DNA of 60,325 nt, from contig WGAY01000046.1 in NCBI GenBank assembly GCA_015494585.1, forward strand, positions 1-60,325, given 5' to 3'. This DNA is from Candidatus Omnitrophota bacterium. GTDB lineage: Bacteria; Omnitrophota; Gorgyraeia; S143-82. Under the pieces are notes generated by a model, which ran no database searches, had not been told where the DNA came from, and worked only from the letters and a program-made list of their open reading frames with translations. A program made the position numbers and the translations under genes. This document shows, piece by piece, positions 39,919 through 50,734 of this stretch. Numbering within the stretch: the stretch's first letter is position 1; each line of letters opens with the position of its first letter.

Positions 39919-41571
39919 CTACATCCGTTCAGGTGCCGAGATACCAAGTAGATCCAGCCCTTTTTTGAGGACGATCCTTGAGACCTCAACTATTCCCAGA
40001 CGAAAGGCTGTCTTAAGTTCGTCTTCGGATATAACCCGACAGCGCTCATAAAATCTATGGAAAGCAGCAGCAAATGTGCGCAGGTACTCATTCAACGGGT
40101 AAGGGTCCAGGTCGAATAGACAGGCCTCGATTACTGACTGGAACCTCAGGGAAAGCGAAATAAGTTGCCTTTCTTCTGCCTCTATCTCTCCATCCCAAAA
40201 TCCCTTCTCAAATAAATCAATAGACATTCCCTCTGGGGAAGTTCCTGACATCTCCATAATCCTACAGGCCCGTGCATAGGCGTACTGGACATAGTAGACA
40301 GGGTTCTCAGGGGCCTGTTTTTTGGCTAGGTCTATATCAAAATCCAGATGGCTGCTCGTACGACGCATCAATAGGAAGAATCTCGCTGCGTCAACACCGA
40401 CCTCATCCATAAGCTCATCTATAGTAATGTATTCTCCCTGTCTTGTAGACATCGCCAGAGGTCGACCATTTTTATATAGTGTCACCAGCTGGACAATAAT
40501 GACATCAAAAAGGTCTGGATTAAATCCAAGGGCATCTATTGCCGCCTTGACCCGTGCAATATAGCCGTGATGGTCTGGTCCCCACATATCGATAATCCAG
40601 TTGTATCCCCTCTCAAACTTGTTTCGATGATAGGCAATATCGGCTGTAAAATAGGTGTTAGATCCATCACTTTTTATCACCACTCTATCCTTATCATCGC
40701 CAAAACGCGTAGAGGCAAACCATACCGCACCGTCTTTCTCGTATAGAAAGCCCCTGTCTCTGAGTATATCCAGGGCCTCCTTGACCTCGCCCTCCTTCTC
40801 CATTGCCTCCTGAGAAAACCAATTATCAAAGCTAACCCCAAACCTGTAGAGCTCATCTTTTATTATTCCAAGTATCTCACCTACTGCAAATCTCGAGAAC
40901 TCCTCTATAGGGGCATCATCTATCGATTCTATCTTTTCCCTACACACAGAAAGAAACCTAGCCGCTAATTCCTTTAAATACGCCCCTTTATAGCCACCCT
41001 CAGGTATCAAACAGCTCCTCCCCAAGGTCTCCAGACAACGCTCTTTCAGTGAACGACCCAGTAAATCTATCTGAACCCCTACATTATTGAGATAATACTC
41101 CGTATCGACCTTATGTCCAGCATACCTCATTATCCTCACTAGGGCATCGCCAACCGCTGCCTGACGGGCATGAGCAATAGAAAGCGGACCAGTAGGATTT
41201 GCGCTAACATACTCAAATAAGACCCTGCGTCCCTCTTCGACAAAACCCTTTACAGGCAGCTCTCCAGATGAAATTATAGACTTCATAAAATCGACAATTG
41301 CCTTCTTTGAGAAGAATATATTGATAAACCCAGGTCCTGCTACCTCTGCCTTCTCAAGGAGTTGACCTGCTTCAGATGCTAACAATGCCTCGACTATCTC
41401 AGCGGCAATATCCCGCGCAGGGCGCTGAATTTCTTTGGAAAGCTGCATTGCGATCGGCGTATAAAAATCCCCATATGAAATATCCTTTGTCGGGAACAAT
41501 AATATGTTGACAGGTTTGCTAAATTTATCAGTTACAATCTTTTTAAGTGCCTTTTCTATAAGTGTTTTCAT
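39919..41571 (-). CDS. argS: Arginine--tRNA ligase
   Basis: SANPTGPLSIAHAR, GPDHHGY, MSTRQG, YYVQYAYAR. Confidence 0.97.
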   Translation of the reverse strand: MKTLIEKALKKIVTDKFSKPVNILLFPTKDISYGDFYTPIAMQLSKEIQRPARDIAAEIVEALLASEAGQLLEKAEVAGPGFINIFFSKKAIVDFMKSIISSGELPVKGFVEEGRRVLFEYVSANPTGPLSIAHARQAAVGDALVRIMRYAGHKVDTEYYLNNVGVQIDLLGRSLKERCLETLGRSCLIPEGGYKGAYLKELAARFLSVCREKIESIDDAPIEEFSRFAVGEILGIIKDELYRFGVSFDNWFSQEAMEKEGEVKEALDILRDRGFLYEKDGAVWFASTRFGDDKDRVVIKSDGSNTYFTADIAYHRNKFERGYNWIIDMWGPDHHGYIARVKAAIDALGFNPDLFDVIIVQLVTLYKNGRPLAMSTRQGEYITIDELMDEVGVDAARFFLLMRRTSSHLDFDIDLAKKQAPENPVYYVQYAYARACRIMEMSGTSPEGMSIDLFEKGFWDGEIEAEERQLISLSLRFQSVIEACLFDLDPYPLNEYLRTFAAAFHRFYERCRVISEDELKTAFRLGIVEVSRIVLKKGLDLLGISAPERM

Positions 41572-41699
41572 ATCCTACTCCGGCAATAATTAAAATTATA
41601 TATACCAAATCAAATATCGGATCATACAAACCAATGGAAATTATTTCACTATACCCCAAATTCTTTGTCAAGGTAAATATCTATTGGACAATTGCACAT

Positions 41700-43508
41700 C
41701 TATTCAACCGTCACTGACTTCGCAAGGTTTCTCGGCTGGTCGACATCGCATCCCCTTGCAACAGCAACGTAATAAGCAAACAACTGTAACGGTATTATAT
41801 TCAGAATAGGAGAAAAGACTTCATTAATCTTTGGCAAGTAGATTACCTCCTTAAACTCCTGCCCTATATGAGAGTTTCCAGAAGTTGCCAAGATTATTAT
41901 CTTTCCCTTGCGTGCCTTTATCTCCTCTATATTCGAGTACATCTTTTCGTATACAAACGAATCTGTTGCTATACAGACTACCGCACGATATTCGTCTATA
42001 AGTGCAATTGGGCCATGCTTCATCTCACCTGCAGGATAACCTTCGGCAGGTATATAAGAGATCTCCTTCAATTTAAGGGCCCCTTCCAAGGCAGTGGGAT
42101 AATCCAGGTTCCTTCCAAGATAGAGGAATGAACCAAAGTGATGGTGATGATGGGCCAGACGCTGCAACTCATTTTTCTGCTCAATAACCTGATTCACAGC
42201 CGAATAAATATCAGACATATCGGCAATATAGCTATCTATACCTTTCCCTCTCTTCTGGGCAAGGAAAAAGGCAAGCAAATACATTATCACAAGCTGTGCA
42301 GTATAGGCCTTAGTAGAGGCAACACTTATCTCTATCCCGGCGTGGGTGAGTATCACTGCATCTGCCGCACGAGTAAGAGAAGAACCCACCACATTACAAA
42401 CCGCAAGTACCTTTACTCCTTCTTTTCTAAATTTCTCCACAGCGGCAAGGGTATCGGCCGTCTCACCAGACTGGCTTATCGCAATGCAAAGGGCCTCATC
42501 CTCTACGACGATATCCCTATACCTCCACTCACTTGCCACATCCACCTCAACCGGGATTCCCGCAAAGCGCTCTATCACATACTTCCCAACCAGACCAGCA
42601 TGATAGGCCGTCCCACAACCAACAATGTATATCTTCTTCAAACCCGACACATCCATATGAGACAACTCAGGAAAGACCACATCACTGCCCCTTATATGGA
42701 GTTTGTACAGCTTATTTATCACACCAGGCTGCTCGTGTATTTCTTTCAACATAAAGTGGGGATGGCCGCACCTCTGTGCCTGGGATATATCCCAATCAAT
42801 CTCACTGATCTCAACAGCTTTCTCTCGAGAACCATTCTCTATACGAATAGAAGGCGCAACTCCACTAACATCTACAACATCCCCGTCGTCAAGGTAGACG
42901 ACCTTCTTAGTAAACATCAATATAGGAGTAATATCGCTGGCAAATATAACCTTATCATCGGCAATACCCATTACTAGAGGCGAACCCTTTCGAGCCGCAA
43001 CTATACGATTATTTTCATCTTTAGTTACCACTGCCAAGGCATATGCTCCTTCCAGAACCTTTACTGTTTCCTTTAACGCCTTGTATATATCGCCTTTATA
43101 GTTTTCCTCCAATAGGTGGGCAATGACCTCTGTGTCTGTCTCTGATACAAATTTGTGGCCTCTATCGATAAGCCCTTGCTTTAATTCCAGATAATTTTCT
43201 ATTATACCGTTGTGTACTACGGCAATGCTGTTGCTGCAATCCGTATGGGGATGGGAATTCCTATCACTCGGCTCACCATGAGTTGCCCATCTGGTATGGC
43301 CTATCCCGACCATAGCGGAAAGGTCCCTGCGGCCCACCAGCCTCTGCAGCCCCTTTATCTTACCTTTCTTCTTAAATAAAACTAGTTTATCATCCTTTAG
43401 CACACAGATGCCCGCTGAATCATAGCCCCTGTATTCCAACAGACTCAATCCATCGATGAGTTCCTTTGCCTTATCTCCAGTTCCTAGTATGCCAACTATT
43501 CCGCACAT
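41700..43508 (-). CDS. glmS: Glutamine--fructose-6-phosphate aminotransferase
   Basis: MCGIVG, GHTRWATHG, SQSGETADT, PRNLAKSVTVE. Confidence 0.98.
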   Translation of the reverse strand: MCGIVGILGTGDKAKELIDGLSLLEYRGYDSAGICVLKDDKLVLFKKKGKIKGLQRLVGRRDLSAMVGIGHTRWATHGEPSDRNSHPHTDCSNSIAVVHNGIIENYLELKQGLIDRGHKFVSETDTEVIAHLLEENYKGDIYKALKETVKVLEGAYALAVVTKDENNRIVAARKGSPLVMGIADDKVIFASDITPILMFTKKVVYLDDGDVVDVSGVAPSIRIENGSREKAVEISEIDWDISQAQRCGHPHFMLKEIHEQPGVINKLYKLHIRGSDVVFPELSHMDVSGLKKIYIVGCGTAYHAGLVGKYVIERFAGIPVEVDVASEWRYRDIVVEDEALCIAISQSGETADTLAAVEKFRKEGVKVLAVCNVVGSSLTRAADAVILTHAGIEISVASTKAYTAQLVIMYLLAFFLAQKRGKGIDSYIADMSDIYSAVNQVIEQKNELQRLAHHHHHFGSFLYLGRNLDYPTALEGALKLKEISYIPAEGYPAGEMKHGPIALIDEYRAVVCIATDSFVYEKMYSNIEEIKARKGKIIILATSGNSHIGQEFKEVIYLPKINEVFSPILNIIPLQLFAYYVAVARGCDVDQPRNLAKSVTVE

Positions 43509-46135
43509 TCAAGTACTACCTCTACAGTTACACGCTTCCTACCTTTTACCATAGTCTCAAATTCCCTACGTCTTATAACCAGCCTGTCAGAACCGCCGGG
43601 TATTCTATTGCTCCCGATCTTTACATAACTTATAACGTACTGACCCCAGTCAAGGCCGTCTTTATTTTTTATCCTTATGCGTGTCTTTTTGCCAAGCAAA
43701 AGACAATCGATCTCAATGGTATCCCCATTATGAAAGAATTCCCTGCTTAATCTGGGTTCAAAGACGATATCTCCCAAATCCGAGGCTACCCCCAATACAT
43801 ACCTGTATATTGTTAGGATATACCAACTGGCCGAGCCAGTAAGATAGGAATACATACCCCGTCCCTCATTATTATAATACTCAGAGAGGCAGGGAAAACT
43901 ACGCGACTTCTCAAAGTCCATAGCCAGCTTATACAGGCTCAGAAGGGCCTTTTCGGCCTCTTTAACCAACCCCTGTCTAAACAAGGCATTGGCATACATC
44001 ACCACCATATGCGAAAATATCGCTCCATTCTCCTTCTCTCCAAAGGCAAAGGCAAAGGCCCTACCCAGTTCAGGATAGATATCCCCAAAATCCGTATTAA
44101 GTCTATAGCCCTTTACCTCTTTGTCGAATAAAAATTTATCAACGGATAAAGATATCTCTTTTGCCAGGGCCTTATCTGCTGTCCCTTTCATCAGTGCAAA
44201 GACCTGACCCGTCAGAGTTGCCCTGACTAGACCATCGTTTACCCCGCAAACCCTGCGCCCGAGATTATCGTAATAACCATTAAATAAACGATGTCCTTCT
44301 ATCTCTATCAGTTCCTTTTTCAACAGATGCTTGCGCATATCCTGTGCCTTTTTCCGCAAGATATCCGCCAATTGCCTCGTATCAACACTCATCTGTTCAC
44401 CAGATACACCCCTTGACTGCACTGCCTCAAAGTAACTACTTAATAGCCTACGCTTCTCAGACACAGAAGAAGGCAGTTCCAAAAGATATGCCATCTCTCG
44501 CAACAAGGCCACCTCTCTGACCTCATCTGATATACGCTCCAGCAACTCGGCTATCTCAAGGAGATTTCCGGCATAAAAGTGGGTAAAGGCAACACTCTCA
44601 CCCCTCTCCCTTGCCATATCCAGACCATCGTTCCAATCGGCATCCTCGAGCAGGATATTGCCATTATCGCCCACATTAAAGACCTGGACCAGATGTTGGA
44701 GAAGGATGTGCTCAAGTATAGTCCCCTTATAAACCTCATTATTAGCCGTCTTAAATACAGTCTCACCGTTCCAATTATAATCATACCTGCGAGCGCGAAA
44801 TATCTGAGCATCTCGAAAATACGTAGCCCTCTCAAAAAGAATCCGCCAGTCCCCTGTTTGATCGATATAAAGCCTTGTGGTCTCCCATGGCCATACTCCA
44901 TGGTCCATCCATACTCGGGTTATTTTATTTCTATCAGCTATGAACTCTCCCTTTCCTTTACCTATAATCGTTGCGTTGGATCCATCTATCCTGACGCCAT
45001 TGAAATTATTCAATATATCCTGGCGAGCCTCTTCGGGATTACGTAAGAGAAGGCCTAATAAATCCTGCCACAGATCACGCCATCCTCGTCCCCCTCGACC
45101 ATAGTCGAAATCAGGGAGAAAAGAACAACCATATATCTTCCTTAAATATGGCTGGATGCCCACCCATACAAGCCAGTTAGAGAAATCAGAATCTGGAAAA
45201 CGGAACCTCAACGTATTGATATAATCTATCCAGATCCTCTTGCTCCGTCTTAAGGCTGCCTCAGGCTTCATCCGTCTAATAAAACGAGAAAACCCCTCCT
45301 CTTCTCCATCCTTCCCAATAAACAAGGCTACTGCAAACTCAACAACATCGCCCTTTTTGAGGGTTACCTCTGGCAATACCAGCCCTGCAACGACCTCTTT
45401 CCCCTGTACATTGCTGTTATTGGCCTTGGCACTCAACAAACCAACTGGATTGAGCATATCCCCACTACCCACGACATCATCATAGCTGGCAAACACCTCC
45501 TTAAGTCGTCTATCAGCGAATGCACAATAAACAACATCATTTATCCTGTGGCCCCTTTCATCAAAGGACATCGTAGGTCTAACAACTAGTCCATTCGAAA
45601 AAAGCCTCACTCTATTTAATAACGAGGTTACGTGCCTATGGTCCCTTATATTATCGGCTGACCTGGCATAGACAGGAGCAACAAAAATAGGATTAAACCC
45701 TAGAGATTTGCGAGCAAGGCTTTTCATCTTTACCCAAAAGATCTGGGCACTTATCCTATAATCGACAAAAGAAGTAACGCTGCCCGTCAGCCCAAGCTCA
45801 ACACTATCAAAGAACACCGTAAACCATCCTACACCTGCTTCAACTCGCAATTTTACAGGCCAGAGATGATTCAGATGGGTAGAAGACTTGCCCACAACAG
45901 AATAAAGTCCCTTGGGAAACCTCAACCAGATATTAACCGAGGTCTTATCGTTGGTAAGATTTATACGAGAGACAGGCGGAAGAAAAAAATGTTCCTGATC
46001 AATCTTTAGATCGCCGTCCAAGAACGGGGTTATACTCGCCATTAACTCCTGATTGCAGAGGGGGAAATATGCATCCCTGACCAGCGGCTCCTCTGCAACA
46101 AACGAACCGTAAGGATCGATAAACCTGCAGTCCAT
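43496..46135 (-). CDS. GH94 glycoside phosphorylase, laminaribiose-phosphorylase-like
   Basis: Catalytic ADWNDGL, GRGWRDLWQD, KENGAIFSH, LTGSASW; N-terminal RSADNIRDHRHVTSLL and SFDERGH. Confidence 0.85.
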   Translation of the reverse strand: MDCRFIDPYGSFVAEEPLVRDAYFPLCNQELMASITPFLDGDLKIDQEHFFLPPVSRINLTNDKTSVNIWLRFPKGLYSVVGKSSTHLNHLWPVKLRVEAGVGWFTVFFDSVELGLTGSVTSFVDYRISAQIFWVKMKSLARKSLGFNPIFVAPVYARSADNIRDHRHVTSLLNRVRLFSNGLVVRPTMSFDERGHRINDVVYCAFADRRLKEVFASYDDVVGSGDMLNPVGLLSAKANNSNVQGKEVVAGLVLPEVTLKKGDVVEFAVALFIGKDGEEEGFSRFIRRMKPEAALRRSKRIWIDYINTLRFRFPDSDFSNWLVWVGIQPYLRKIYGCSFLPDFDYGRGGRGWRDLWQDLLGLLLRNPEEARQDILNNFNGVRIDGSNATIIGKGKGEFIADRNKITRVWMDHGVWPWETTRLYIDQTGDWRILFERATYFRDAQIFRARRYDYNWNGETVFKTANNEVYKGTILEHILLQHLVQVFNVGDNGNILLEDADWNDGLDMARERGESVAFTHFYAGNLLEIAELLERISDEVREVALLREMAYLLELPSSVSEKRRLLSSYFEAVQSRGVSGEQMSVDTRQLADILRKKAQDMRKHLLKKELIEIEGHRLFNGYYDNLGRRVCGVNDGLVRATLTGQVFALMKGTADKALAKEISLSVDKFLFDKEVKGYRLNTDFGDIYPELGRAFAFAFGEKENGAIFSHMVVMYANALFRQGLVKEAEKALLSLYKLAMDFEKSRSFPCLSEYYNNEGRGMYSYLTGSASWYILTIYRYVLGVASDLGDIVFEPRLSREFFHNGDTIEIDCLLLGKKTRIRIKNKDGLDWGQYVISYVKIGSNRIPGGSDRLVIRRREFETMVKGRKRVTVEVVLECAE

Positions 46136-46182
46136 ACAAATACCTATCTCCTATGTACATTTTATTTTTATCTTATACGGAT

Positions 46183-46839
46183 TTATTCAGATTCCTTCTT
46201 CACACCCTTCTCTATAACCTCTGGTTCCTGAGATTCGGCTTGTTCAGCAGATTCCCCTTCTGCTTGACCACCTCCTGCATATTCGACCAAAAATACAGCA
46301 GTATCGCCTGCCTCTAATATCCGTACCCCCTCTGGCGGTTTTATATCTGAGACATGGACAGAATCCCCTATATCAAGGCCAGAGACATCAACGACTATTG
46401 CATCCGGGATATTAGTAGGCAGACATTCTATATCTATCTCCCAAACCATATGCTCGAGAACCCCGCCCTTCTTCACACCAACCGGCTCACCCTTTGCCTT
46501 CACTGGCACCCTGACATGCACGGCCTCGGTCATAGAAATCTGATGGAAATCCACATGGTTTATCCTATCCATAACCGGATCATGAGATATCTCCTGAATA
46601 ATTACCGTATAGTCTTTATTACCATCTTCGGACTCTATTGTCATATCGATTATCGTATTCTCCCAATGGTGATGATGGAGAAACTTTACGAATTCAGGAT
46701 AAGGAAACATCACAGGAACAGCACCCTCTATATCCTTTCCATAAACTACCCCAGGGATAAAGCCCTCCTCTCTCAATTTATTTAAATACCCCTTTGTCTT
46801 TATAGGTCTTTGTTTTACACTCATCTTAACTCTATCCAT
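46183..46839 (-). CDS. rplY: 50S ribosomal protein L25/general stress protein Ctc
   Basis: IPGVVYG, HVDF, GVKKGGVL, EPEVI.KG tail. Confidence 0.95.
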   Translation of the reverse strand: MDRVKMSVKQRPIKTKGYLNKLREEGFIPGVVYGKDIEGAVPVMFPYPEFVKFLHHHHWENTIIDMTIESEDGNKDYTVIIQEISHDPVMDRINHVDFHQISMTEAVHVRVPVKAKGEPVGVKKGGVLEHMVWEIDIECLPTNIPDAIVVDVSGLDIGDSVHVSDIKPPEGVRILEAGDTAVFLVEYAGGGQAEGESAEQAESQEPEVIEKGVKKESE

Positions 46840-46851
46840 TACTATACCTCC

Positions 46852-47790
46852 TTATCTAGCTACTTGATCAAATAGACAACTAATAGAAACCTCCCAGTGA
46901 ATACGCTTTATCGCCTCAGCAAATAGAGGAGCAACCGATATTACCTCTATTTTATCTTCAGGAGCATGGGGAATACTATCGCTTATAAACAGTCGCTTGA
47001 TTTCAGAGTTTGCCAATTTCTTCACAGCATCGCCTGCCAGTACACCATGGGTTATCATCGCATAAATGTCCTTTGCTCCGGCCTTCTTCAGTGCAGCCGC
47101 TGCCTCTATCAAAGATCCCCCAGTGGCGATTATGTCATCTATTATCACAAGATTTCTCCCCTTAACCTCACCCAATATATTCATTGCCTCGGCCTTATCC
47201 GCATCCACCCGCCGTTTATCCACAATCGCAAGCCCTGCACCCATCTTCTTGGCATAGGCCCTTGCCATCTTTATACCACCGACATCCGGCGAAACGATCG
47301 TCAAGTCAGGGATATTCATCTCCTTTAAAAAGCTTATAAACACATTTATTGCGTAAAGATTGTCCACTGGAATATCAAAAAATCCCTGTATCTGGCCGGC
47401 ATGCAAATCCATAGTCAGAACCCTATCCGCACCAGCGACCGTCAACAGATTGGCAACCAATTTGGCAGTAATCGGGACGCGCGGCTGGTCTTTGCGGTCC
47501 TGCCTTGCATACCCGTAATAGGGCATTACCGCTGTTATTCGCTTGGCCGATGCCCTCTTCAAGGCATCTATCATTATAAGTAACTCCATAAGGTTATCAT
47601 TGGTAGGCGGACAGGTGGGCTGTATCACAAAGACATCCTTACCCCTGACGTTTTCATTTATCTTTACCCTTACCTCTCCATCGCTAAATCTGGTAACCAA
47701 AGCATCACCTAGAGGAATACCAAGGTGATTACAGATATCCTCTGCTAGTCGTTTATGGGCATTTCCCGCAAAAACAGACAGCTTATCCAT
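46852..47790 (-). CDS. prs: Ribose-phosphate pyrophosphokinase
   Basis: YARQDRK, DLHAGQIQGFF, IDDIIATGGS. Confidence 0.98.
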   Translation of the reverse strand: MDKLSVFAGNAHKRLAEDICNHLGIPLGDALVTRFSDGEVRVKINENVRGKDVFVIQPTCPPTNDNLMELLIMIDALKRASAKRITAVMPYYGYARQDRKDQPRVPITAKLVANLLTVAGADRVLTMDLHAGQIQGFFDIPVDNLYAINVFISFLKEMNIPDLTIVSPDVGGIKMARAYAKKMGAGLAIVDKRRVDADKAEAMNILGEVKGRNLVIIDDIIATGGSLIEAAAALKKAGAKDIYAMITHGVLAGDAVKKLANSEIKRLFISDSIPHAPEDKIEVISVAPLFAEAIKRIHWEVSISCLFDQVAR

Positions 47791-49059
47791 CTACCTACTC
47801 CTATTTTTAGAGAGACTCCTGGCCGGAACACCTACGACAACATCACCGTTAGCGACATCGTGATGCCTCGTAACCACTGCCCCAGCACCGACCACGGCCC
47901 GATCTCCAACCTTTACTGGCGCAACGAGAATAGCCCCGCTGCCAATAAACGAATGCCTTCCAATCTTCGTCTTATGCTTTTGCCTTCCGTCATAGTTCGC
48001 CGTAATCGTTCCGGCACCTATATTTGTTTCATCTCCAACCGACGTATCTCCCAGATAAGTAAGATGTTTTACATATACACTATTTTTCAAATTAGACCTG
48101 TTTATCTCTACGAAATTCCCAACAATGGAATTGTCACCTATCTGTGTGCCACTCCTCAAATGGGCAAAGGGGCCTATCTGACAACCCTTGCCAATTCTAA
48201 CATCTTTTCTAATCACCGTAAACGGCATAATCTCAGTATCCCTGCCAATTCTGACACCCTCCTCTATCCAGACGGTCTCAGGCATATGGACTGTAACTCC
48301 GGAATCCATATGCGACTCTATAATGCGCATACGAGCAATCTCCTCTGCCAGGGCCAGGTCCTGACGCGAATTTATCCCCAGGGCCTCATCTTCATCTGCC
48401 CAGACCACCGAAAGGCCCATCTGACGATCGTAAAGATAAGAGACAATGTCCGTAAGATAGTACTCGCCTTGTCGATTGTCCTTTCTCAACCCAGCTAAGG
48501 CCTTTTTTAACTTTTCTCTAAACACACAATAGGCACCTGTGTTTATAAACGGTATATCTTGGCCCTGCATATCACTATATTCAACCACCTTCTCGGCCAA
48601 ACCATCCTTATCTACCCACAATCTACCATACGAACCAGGATCTTCAGCAAACGCTCCGAGAATAGCCCCGGTCTTATTCTTGTCCGCAGAAGATATCAAG
48701 GCCTTTATACTCTCTCTCAAGATAAGTGGCATATCCCCGCACAAAACAAGGGTCAAATCTGCCTTTAAGGCCTTCATCGCCGCCTTGACTGCCCCACCCG
48801 TACCATTTAAGACTCGCTGGTGGACAAACTCTGCCTCATATCCATTATATACAACTGCCCTGCGCACCTTATCAGCACCATAGCCAAGGACAATAACAAC
48901 CCTATCCACCAGACCATCTATCGCATCCAGTACCCAGAACAGGGCAGGTTTACCCAGGACAGGATGCAGGACCTTGGGCAGATCAGACTTAATACGCTTA
49001 CCCTTGCCTGCGGCCAGAATCACCGCATCTACAGATGTCTTCTTTCGCCTTTTCCCCAT
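47791..49059 (-). CDS. glmU: Bifunctional UDP-GlcNAc pyrophosphorylase/GlcN-1-P acetyltransferase (compact)
   Basis: LAAGKG, EYYLTD, IGPFAHLR, HLTYLGD, GAGTITANYDG. Confidence 0.93.
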   Translation of the reverse strand: MGKRRKKTSVDAVILAAGKGKRIKSDLPKVLHPVLGKPALFWVLDAIDGLVDRVVIVLGYGADKVRRAVVYNGYEAEFVHQRVLNGTGGAVKAAMKALKADLTLVLCGDMPLILRESIKALISSADKNKTGAILGAFAEDPGSYGRLWVDKDGLAEKVVEYSDMQGQDIPFINTGAYCVFREKLKKALAGLRKDNRQGEYYLTDIVSYLYDRQMGLSVVWADEDEALGINSRQDLALAEEIARMRIIESHMDSGVTVHMPETVWIEEGVRIGRDTEIMPFTVIRKDVRIGKGCQIGPFAHLRSGTQIGDNSIVGNFVEINRSNLKNSVYVKHLTYLGDTSVGDETNIGAGTITANYDGRQKHKTKIGRHSFIGSGAILVAPVKVGDRAVVGAGAVVTRHHDVANGDVVVGVPARSLSKNRSR

Positions 49060-49173
49060 AATTTTAAAATCAATTGCCTACCCACAAACCTACAACAGAC
49101 TGTGGCAAATAAGTTTGCAATTATACTACAAAAATCACGGCTATCAAATCAAATAATTAACGATATATCTTTA

Positions 49174-49545
49174 TCCCGGATTATGCATTAGAATTCTTTA
49201 CCTTCCAGCGATTGTTAATCAAACATCTCTTTCCTCATCCAAAAATAACTCAAAGCTAAAATCTCAAAGGTCAAATCCACAGCTTAACACCTTAAATCTT
49301 TTTATTCTATCCTTTATTTCTCTTCTCTTCATCGTCAGCTGAGCTGCCAATTCTTGCACTCCGATTTTGCCTCCCTTAACTCCGCTTTCTCTATATCCCA
49401 TGTTAAAAATAGTTTTGAGCTTTAAGTTGTGGTTTTTAGTTTTAACTTTTGAGTTTTTAGTTTAACCACATGGTGAATTCTTATTTTTAGCTTTTCCTAT
49501 TGTCCCACAACGAGTTCCATTATATTGCAAATTCCTAATTTGGGT
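49174..49545. mobile_element. Non-autonomous repeat element (MITE-like), copy 1
   Basis: High identity by eye to 55451-55829 over ~330 bp. Internal imperfect inverted arms, no transposase. Confidence 0.7.
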
Positions 49546-49552
49546 TAATTTA

Positions 49553-50734
49553 TTAGATAGAACAAAACACATCTATAAGCCCCTTAAAATCCATAGCATT
49601 AGATGCCTTAAAAAATAAATAATGCCTATCCCTTAAAAATTCTAGTATCTCCTCCTCTTTCCTATGCCAATTCTCCAGTAATAGGCCGTCCACAGACTCA
49701 TATTTGGCCGCATCAACCATATGCCTGCCGACAAATACAAAACCTGCCTTTGGGAATAAATATCTGGCGTAAGCAACCACATCCCTATGATAGGAAGCAA
49801 CCCCTTCTCCCAGCTCCAGCATATCTCCCAGGACAATCCCAATATCAGAGGAATAGCTACCATAAAGATTGGAAAACATAGACAGAGAGGCCTTCATCGA
49901 GCCTGGATTTGCATTGTAGGCGTCATCTATTATAACCCTATCTCCCAGCCTTATCGTCTCAAATCGCCTCTTGGGAAAGGAAAATGACTCCCAATCTACA
50001 GCAGAAAAATCCAAGGAAAGATAGGAAAAGAGCGCCTTCAGCATCCCAAACATATCCCTAAGGTGCTCTGCATCATAGGGAAACCCATAAGGAACCGCTG
50101 CCTGCGCAGTGAAGGATATCTTCGGCCTTGAGGCCTCTTTGAACGACCAGAAGAACCTTATCGGCGCGTAACAGACATCCGCATATTTCGCTATAGCAAA
50201 CTTCTCCCTTACCAGGCCATCCATATCCTTCAAGCCCTCAAGGTGTGACGGATATAAACTGGTAATAAAAGCAATGGAAGGCCTTGCTATGTCAGCCAAA
50301 TAGCCAATATCACCTGGCCTATTCGTGCCGAGCTCAAGGATCCAGAAATCCGCTGAAAGGTTCGCTGAAAGGACAGAAAGGGGCAGACCTATCGCATTGT
50401 TAAAGTTTCCCCTGGAGACACCTGCCTCCTTTCCAACTGCAGACAATGCAAAGGAAAGCATAGCCTTAAATGTAGTCTTACCCGCACTGCCAGTAATACC
50501 GATTACCCTGCCTTTGAACTCGGCCCTCTTCTTACTGGCCTCCTGCCCCAGAAAGGCAATCGTATCCTCAACAACGACAATCCTATCATCCCTTTTCCCC
50601 TCATAAGAGCGCGGAACCACGCACATAAGCGCGCCCCTCTTCAGGGCATCCTGGACAAAGTTTACCCCTCCCCTTATTGCTACAAAGGTATCTCCTGGTT
50701 CTATCTGGCGAGAGTCTATCTTGATGGAGCCCAT
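49553..50734 (-). CDS. murF: UDP-MurNAc-tripeptide--D-Ala-D-Ala ligase
   Basis: ITGSAGKTT, NFNNAIGLP, DDAYNANPGSM, LGDMLELG. Confidence 0.93.
   Translation of the reverse strand: MGSIKIDSRQIEPGDTFVAIRGGVNFVQDALKRGALMCVVPRSYEGKRDDRIVVVEDTIAFLGQEASKKRAEFKGRVIGITGSAGKTTFKAMLSFALSAVGKEAGVSRGNFNNAIGLPLSVLSANLSADFWILELGTNRPGDIGYLADIARPSIAFITSLYPSHLEGLKDMDGLVREKFAIAKYADVCYAPIRFFWSFKEASRPKISFTAQAAVPYGFPYDAEHLRDMFGMLKALFSYLSLDFSAVDWESFSFPKRRFETIRLGDRVIIDDAYNANPGSMKASLSMFSNLYGSYSSDIGIVLGDMLELGEGVASYHRDVVAYARYLFPKAGFVFVGRHMVDAAKYESVDGLLLENWHRKEEEILEFLRDRHYLFFKASNAMDFKGLIDVFCSI

Noticed and set aside
43496-43700. glmS ribozyme
   Set aside because: The glmS start overlaps the GH94 coding sequence, leaving no leader.
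42138-48498. Long plus-strand ORFs (279 aa opposite glmS, 247 aa opposite glmU/prs, and similar shadows across the window)
   Set aside because: They lie antisense to well-conserved genes and show no recognisable motifs; typical shadow ORFs.
49247-49465. CRISPR array or simple tandem repeat
   Set aside because: No regularly spaced identical repeats with unique spacers and no cas genes; the structure is a pair of inverted arms.
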